In this document: positions 57,770 to 64,000 of the stretch, in pieces
How the letters are laid out: the number at the start of each line of letters is the position of its first letter
How positions within the stretch are numbered: position 1 is the first letter of the stretch
Source: Macrostomum hystrix
Taxonomy: Eukaryota; Animalia; Platyhelminthes
Direction of reading: 5' to 3'
Assembly: GCA_950097015.1 (NCBI GenBank)
Contig: CATNEN010000024.1
Location: forward strand, 1,984,001-2,048,000
DNA length: 64,000 nt
The notes under the pieces: model-generated
Told to the model about the DNA's origin: nothing
What the model saw: only the letters and a program-made list of their open reading frames with translations
The model's database searches: none
Translations under genes and position numbers: made by a program

Positions 57770-60700
57770 TCACTGTGGATTAGCCAGTGAAGAGCTGCTA
57801 GACGAGGCGCCAAGCACTGGGTGGCCGTGGTCAAGAATGGCGCCCAGGTACTTGCCCAGGCTCAAGTCGGGCTCCTCTTCGTATTTCTTGGGAAAATCGT
57901 GCCGCATCAGACTCTCTAGGCCGACGCGTTCTTTGGGATTTTTGCGCAGGCAGCAGTCGACAAAGTCGCAGAATTCCTCACTGAATGCAAAGCTGGGCAG
58001 CTTAGGTGGCTGCTGATAGACAATATAGGACAGCAGCTCAAAGATTGCCATCTGCTTTGGTCCGCTCTGCGGCGCCTCCATGCCTGTTAGATATGGGATT
58101 TGCACTTTATTTTATCATCCCATTAGATTAAGGGAAGCCGAATTCTTGGTCCTCAAATCCTCAAACGAGGATCCTCAAATTTCAGGATCTAAAAGGTGCT
58201 CAAATCTGAGAATCTGAAAGGTGCTCAACTCTGAGGATCTGAGAGGTGCTCAAATCTGAGAATCTGAAAGGTGCTCAAATCTGAGAATCTGAAAGGTGCT
58301 CAAATCTGAGAATCTGAAAGGTGCTCAACTCTGAGGATCTGAGAGGTGCTCAAATCTGAGAATCTGAAAGGTGCTCAAATCTGAGGATCTGAAAGGTGCT
58401 CAACTCTGAGGATCTGAGAGGTGCTCAAATCTGAGAATCTGAAAGGTGCTCAAATCTGAGAATCTGAAAGGTGCTCAACTCTGAGGATCTGAGAGGTGCT
58501 CAAATCTGAGAATCTGAAAGGTGCTCAAATCTGAGAATCTGAAAGGTGCTCAACTCTGAGAATCTGAAAGGTGCTCAAATCTGAGAATCTGAAAGGTGCT
58601 CAAATCTGAGAATCTGAAAGGTGCTCAAATCTAAGTATCTGAAAGGGTGCTCAAATCTGAGAATCTTATATCCTGAGAATATAAATAGTGCTTGTGTTGC
58701 ATGACATTATGCTTGCCTAAAGAGATCTAGCAAAGATACAGAATTGCAACAATTAAGTCACCCAGTTAATCATGGGAACCAACGAACTCACATCTGAGCC
58801 GTTTGCCAATCCTAGCAGCCTCCATGTGCTCGCGCAGATTCTGCAGCCTGTCGCTACTAAAAATATTAGTGTAATCCCGGCTGTCTGGCTGCGGTATGGG
58901 ATAGCGACCGGTAGCCAGCTCGATCAGGCTGAGTCCCATAGACCAGATGTCAGATAGGATTGAGTATTCCTCGCCGTTTAGTCGCTCCGGGGCCATGTAG
59001 GACCGCGTGCCAACAAAGCTGTTGGCCATGCTGTCAATCAGCTGGCCGGAGACGCCAAAATCGCATAGCTTGCACTCGCCCTCCAGGTTCACCAGAATGT
59101 TGGACGGCTTTACATCGCTAAGGTGTGGCGAGAAACGGGCAAGATAATTGGTCAGGTTAAAAGATAACTTGGTCACATGCCAGGAAAAGATAACAAAATA
59201 ACAAGGTTACAAGATAACTAGTCACATGCGAAGATAATTGGTCAGGTGTCAAGATAATTGGTCAGGTGTCAGGATAATTGGTCAGGTGTCAAGATAATTT
59301 GTCAGGTGTCAAGATAATTGGTCAGGTGTCAAGATAATTAATTAGGTGTCAGGATAATTGGTCAGGTGACAAAATAATTAGTCAGGTGTCAAGATAGTTG
59401 GTCAGGTGTCTAGATAATTAATCAGGTGTCAAGATAATTAGTCACGTGTCAAGACAATTGGTCAAGTTTAAAGATAACTTGGTTACATGCCAGGACAAGA
59501 TAACAAAAAACAAGGTTACAAGATAATTTGTCAGGTGTCAAGATAACTGGTCAGGTGCCAAGATAATTGGTCAGGTACCAAGATAATTGCTCATGTGTCA
59601 AGATAACTGGTCAGGTGCCAAGATAATTGGTCCGGTGCCAAGATAACTGGTCAGGTGCCTAGATAACTGGTCAGGTGTCAAGATAACTGGTCAGGTGCCA
59701 AGATAATTGTTCCGGTGCCAAGATAACTGGTCAGGTGCCAAGATAACTGGTCAGGTGTCAAGATAACTGGTCAGGTGCCAAGATAATTGTTCCGGTGCCA
59801 AGATAACTGGTCAGGTGCCAAGATAACTGGTCAGGTGCCAAGATAACTGGTCAGGTGCCAAGATAACTGGTCAGGTGCCAAGATAACTGGTCAGGTGCCA
59901 AGATAACTGGTCAGGTGCCTAGATAACTGGTCAGGTGCCTAGATAACTGGTCAGGTGTCTGTTCTTCAGTTTATACACAGCTGCTCAACTCTCACCGGTG
60001 CAGACAGTTAATGTTCTGTCGCAGATAGATAAGGCCGCGCAGTACAGAGAAGGTGATCATGGAGACAATCGGCTCAGGCAGCCGGCCGGCCTGTTTTAAT
60101 ACAAGATCTAGCGAGCCAGCGTTCATGTATTCCATGCAGATGCTGATGGTGGCCGAGGAGTCCACAAAGAAAGCGCCAAAGTAGCCAACAATATAGGGAC
60201 TGTTGCACGAGTGCAGGACCTGCGGAGGGAAAATCCGTTGCCAATCAAACTAGCAAATCTCAAGGCAAAGATAAAGAAAATAAACTTGTATCCATGTGTG
60301 CTAACAGCAAAGGTTTTAAGCAGGGGAAGTAGGTTTTTTAGATTATTTATAAATCGTGACTGTTTTTTTAAATCGTTTGTAAAAATCGTTTAATAAGGAT
60401 TAGTTCTTTTTCCGAAAAACACTAAAATCCATAGACAACTTAGAAAATGCGCAGAAAGCCTAGAGAATTCACACAAACCCGGGAAAATTACGTAAACCCG
60501 GAAAATTTATGTAAACCCGGAACCTTTATGAAATTCTGTGAATGTACGCACTTTCTAACTTTTCAAATTAAATAAAACGAAAGTATTCAAATAATACTAC
60601 TATTGTTTTGAGCACGCTTCATAAATTGTTTGAAGGAATGATCTTATGGTTAGAAAGTGTTCGTCTGACCGTAAGTTCTCACCTCTAACTCTCGTATAAT

Positions 60701-61048
60701 CTGAGTCCGCACAGAAGGCTTAATCTCAAGGTGAATGAGCTTTCTAGCCATGATCTGCTGAGTCGGCTTATGCAGCACACGCTGCACAACACCTGACGAG
60801 CCGCAGCCAAGTTCCACAATGTTTGTGAAATCTTCGTTTTTCAATTCGCCAATTGTGTGCTTCTTTCTAACAAACTCAACCAGCTTCTGGCGCTGACAAT
60901 CGTCCAACTCTTCGCCTTGCTCGTCCATCTTTTTCATCACCCGTTGCACATCGACAACGCCTGTGGCGCTTTTCTGCTCAGAATCGCTACCGCTGCCGGC
61001 GGTTGGAATAGTCAGATTCATGAGGTTCTTTCGACCGGACCCTTCCAT
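57770..61048 (-). CDS. MAP2K1: Dual-specificity MAP kinase kinase MEK1/2, 409 aa. Exons (minus): 61048-60683, 60219-59996, 59117-58792, 58083-57770
   Basis: N-terminal D-site [43 protein letters not shown]|[19 protein letters not shown]|[53 protein letters not shown] of 1230 nt is in frame. Confidence 0.96.
58190..58670. repeat. Intronic minisatellite, 25-bp unit (ctgaaaggtgctcaaatctgagaat), ~19 copies
   Basis: In MEK intron 58084-58791. Confidence 0.95.
59150..59960. repeat. Intronic minisatellite, 20-bp unit (aagataactggtcaggtgcc), ~38 copies
   Basis: Fills about 92% of MEK intron 59118-59995. Confidence 0.95.
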
Positions 61049-61667
61049 GGTGTCGCTGAAGCTGGAGTGTTGCAAAATTGTCGTTGAATTGTTTTTTTAT
61101 CTATGGTTCCATAGATTTTTACAAGTGAGTAGGAAAGTAACAATAAGGATCAGAATTTCACGAGGAACACAATTGAAAAAATTGAATACTGGGCCTACTA
61201 AAAAATTGCAAACACTGTGAAGCGTATGGTGCCTAGATTGTCATGCTCCGGTGCGGAGCAGTGCTATTTTACTGTGTGTGTTTGCATATTGCACAGAACT
61301 ATTATTAAGCTAGTCCTATGCTTAGCTGATAATCATGCAGTATTCAGCAGTGCCAGATAGGGTAAGGAGCTAGGATAGAGATGATGTGGATTTGACAACC
61401 AGTTCCTTCCCTAGGGCAATAACGATGGAAAGCATGGCCTAACATGTAATAGCATTCGCTTAAAGCATTACTTGTTTGGTGAAACAAATACTGGAATAGT
61501 TTGTCATGAAAGTGTATCTGTCTGCAGAACAGAGTAGTTGAGCTAAGTAAAGAAGATATTCTACAATGCATATTCCAACTCAGCTAATAAAAAAAACAAA
61601 TATAAAAATATATAAAACCAAATTCATTTTTTACAATGAATCTTGTTTATTCGATGAGGGACGAAAG

Positions 61668-61760
61668 ACAGAGAGGTCTAACGCGTCTGTCTCTCGTCTC
61701 TGAGCTCGATTCCGCGGCGAGGCCACATTCGTTTGGGGCGCAGCAGCGGAGAGAAGGCCT
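61668..61760 (+). mobile_element. Degenerate 5' fragment of the tRNA-derived SINE
   Basis: gagctcgattccgcggcgaggccacatt...gcggagagaaggc matches the head of the 12113-12478 copy. Confidence 0.75.
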
Positions 61761-61914
61761 TCCATTTTCAGTTTGATAATCCTATATGATTAGCATTAAA
61801 GCATTGATTTTGATTGGCCTGGCTATTTTATATTTAAATTTTGATCTTCGCTTCATCATTAGTCTCCATTGACAACAAAAATAGTCACCGAACTGACCAA
61901 TTGGTCCACCTCAT

Positions 61915-62524
61915 GATCTAGCATGCACTTCATCATCTAGCCTCCACCTGATCATCTTGCATCCACCTCATTATCTAGTATCCACCTCATCATCTAGCAT
62001 CTACCTCACCATCTAACACCCACCTGATCATCTAGCACCTACCTGATCATCTAGCCTCCACCTCATTATCTAGTATCCACATATGCTTAGCTGAAAATCA
62101 TCATCTAGCATCCACCTCACTATCTAGCATCCACCTCATCATCTAGCATCCACCTCATCATCTAGCATCTACCTCGCCATCTAGCATCCACCTCACCATC
62201 TAGCATCCACCTCACCATCTAGCATCCACCTCATCATCTAGCATCCACCTCATCATCTAGCATCTACCTCACCATCTAGCATCCACCTCACCATCTAACA
62301 TCCACCTCACCATCTAGCATCCACCTCACCATCTAGCATCCACCTCATCATCTAGCATCCACCTCATCATCTAGCATCCACCTCACCATCTAGCATCCAC
62401 TTCACCATCTAGCATCCACCTCACCATCTAGCATCCACCTCACCATCTAGCATCCACCTCATCATCTAGCATCCACCTCACCATCTAGCATCCACTTCAC
62501 CATCTAGCATCCACCTCACCATCT
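61915..62524. repeat. Minisatellite, 19-bp unit (catctagcatccacctcac), ~30 copies
   Basis: Tandem periodicity. Confidence 0.93.
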
Positions 62525-62719
62525 TTTTGAGTCAAAGTAAGAAGTAGTTAAAGAAGTTCTGTGTAGCGATTTGTCATAAAAAGAAACAAAAATTGCCGAT
62601 ATCTATCTATTAGTAAATTATGACTGGACAATGACAATCGTCATTCAAATAAATGACAGCTATTTAGCCTGTGAATTTTTCTGAAAGCTGCGAAAAAAAT
62701 TTCAATTTAACGATGGCAA

Positions 62720-63860
62720 CACTGTGGCTGACTCATAAGTTTCTGTTGCACAACTTTTAATGTACACACTTTACCACCTTAAAAATGATTGAGTACACAT
62801 TTTCAGCCTTTGCGCTCTTGTCAATTTTTCCCAATCACTCTCCAAAGTCAATACTTCTTACCAAAGTGTACTTGCTCCAATGGAGCTGACAAACTGCAAC
62901 TTTTGTGCCATGATAGTTTACAAACAGCATCAAGGTCTCACACAAGAGCAATGCGTTGAAAGTTTACATACTGCCTTTGGAGACCAAGCCCCTTCATGTG
63001 CCACCATTTTTCTGAGGTACAGTGAATGCAAGTGGGGCCGGAGCAGCCTTGATTACGAGCATTGGTCGGGACGTCCAGCTTCCACTGTCATGGACAAAAA
63101 GATTGCTGCTGTCCGGAGAATCATTGACAAAGCCTGGCGAGTGACCTGTGCCAAGATCAGAGAGGTTCTTGGCATTAGATTGGCAGCAGTTACAACCATC
63201 CTACACAACAAACTGGGAGCCTCCAAGCGATGTGCCAGATGGGTGCCCCGCAACCTGACAGAGGACCAGAAAGCGGAGAGGGTGCAATTGAGCAAATTCA
63301 TGCTTGAAATATTCATCGGGAAGCAGATGGTGGCAACTTTCTTCAGCCAGGCTGGCCACCTGGCGACTGTAGCACTCCAAGACAGGCGTACAGTCAATGC
63401 CAACTGGTATATCAACCAGTGCCTGCCGCAGGTGTTTGATGCATGGCACAGACGCCAGCCATGCACTGGACTTTGTGGCCTGTTGCTGCACCACGACAAT
63501 GCCAGTGCACACACAGCTGCTGCAACATTGGCATTTCTGGCCGAAAATGGCCAAGAATGCTGAGATGCTCTGTTTGCCGAGGCCAAGAATCCGTCCAGCT
63601 GATGATGCATCCTGCATATTCGTCCTGACCTGGCACCCTGCAAATTCTTTCTCTTCCCTTTGGTGAGGAACCAACAGCATGGGACTCGGTTTAAGAGCCA
63701 TGAAGCAACAAGAATCGAGTTCAAGTGGGTTTCAGTAATGCCTGAAGAACAGTAGGCTGGAGCCTAGACACAGGGTGGTTTCACAGAATGAGGAAATGTG
63801 TACAAGCTGGTGGCAACTACTTTGAAAAATTGTGACAGAAAATTTGCCTCAGACACTTAA
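62720..63860 (+). mobile_element. Dead mariner (Tc1/mariner) transposon; transposase relic about 62880-63835, internally deleted and frameshifted
   Basis: HTH region with SGRP, CARWVPRNLT (WVPHEL-like), LLHHDNASAH, HPAYS.DLAPC.FFLFP and C-terminal KCV..GGNYFEKL. The segment with the first catalytic Asp is missing, with stops and frameshifts after 63563. Ends show only weak inverted similarity. Confidence 0.88.
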
Positions 63861-64000
63861 ATAATGATTTTTTCATCTTGGGGGGAAGCCTCTGATGTCA
63901 TTGACACAGGCGATAAAGAAGATGCCATGATATCCTGATATTGCTGGGATTGACATTTCCAAAAGTCAAACTAAATTTTTTGCACACAACCTGGACTTAA

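Noticed and set aside
60470-60535. Three aaacccgg words in MEK intron 1 as transposon subterminal repeats
   Set aside because: Element boundaries could not be defined.

Overview
Eukaryotic (animal) genomic DNA, not prokaryotic. It has GC-rich exons, GT-AG introns and about 30 locally private minisatellite arrays covering roughly 40-45% of the window. This style suggests a flatworm such as Macrostomum (inference, not proven). Six spliced genes were reconstructed by hand with frame-consistent splice sites: an alpha/beta-hydrolase-fold gene (+, 2 exons), LRRC6/DNAAF11 (-, 10 exons), a DEG/ENaC channel (+, 2 exons), hydroxypyruvate isomerase HYI (-, 2 exons, no genomic start ATG), a KCNQ1-type K+ channel (-, 13 exons over about 20 kb) and MAP2K1/2 (MEK; -, 4 exons). 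Mobile elements: a tRNA-derived SINE family (one full copy with a 14-bp TSD plus three fragments), a hAT MITE with TIRs and an 8-bp TSD that carries its own minisatellite, and a dead mariner. Most long ORFs in the supplied track are artefacts of the repeats. Three observations stand out. (1) HYI begins at a phase-0 splice acceptor with no in-frame ATG, as expected if a trans-spliced leader ending in AUG supplies the initiator. (2) Several introns are minimal introns inflated by a single tandem array, often built from splice-signal-like words (branch point, donor, acceptor). (3) The KCNQ1 gene keeps human-like exon boundaries but has unusual S6 gate substitutions.
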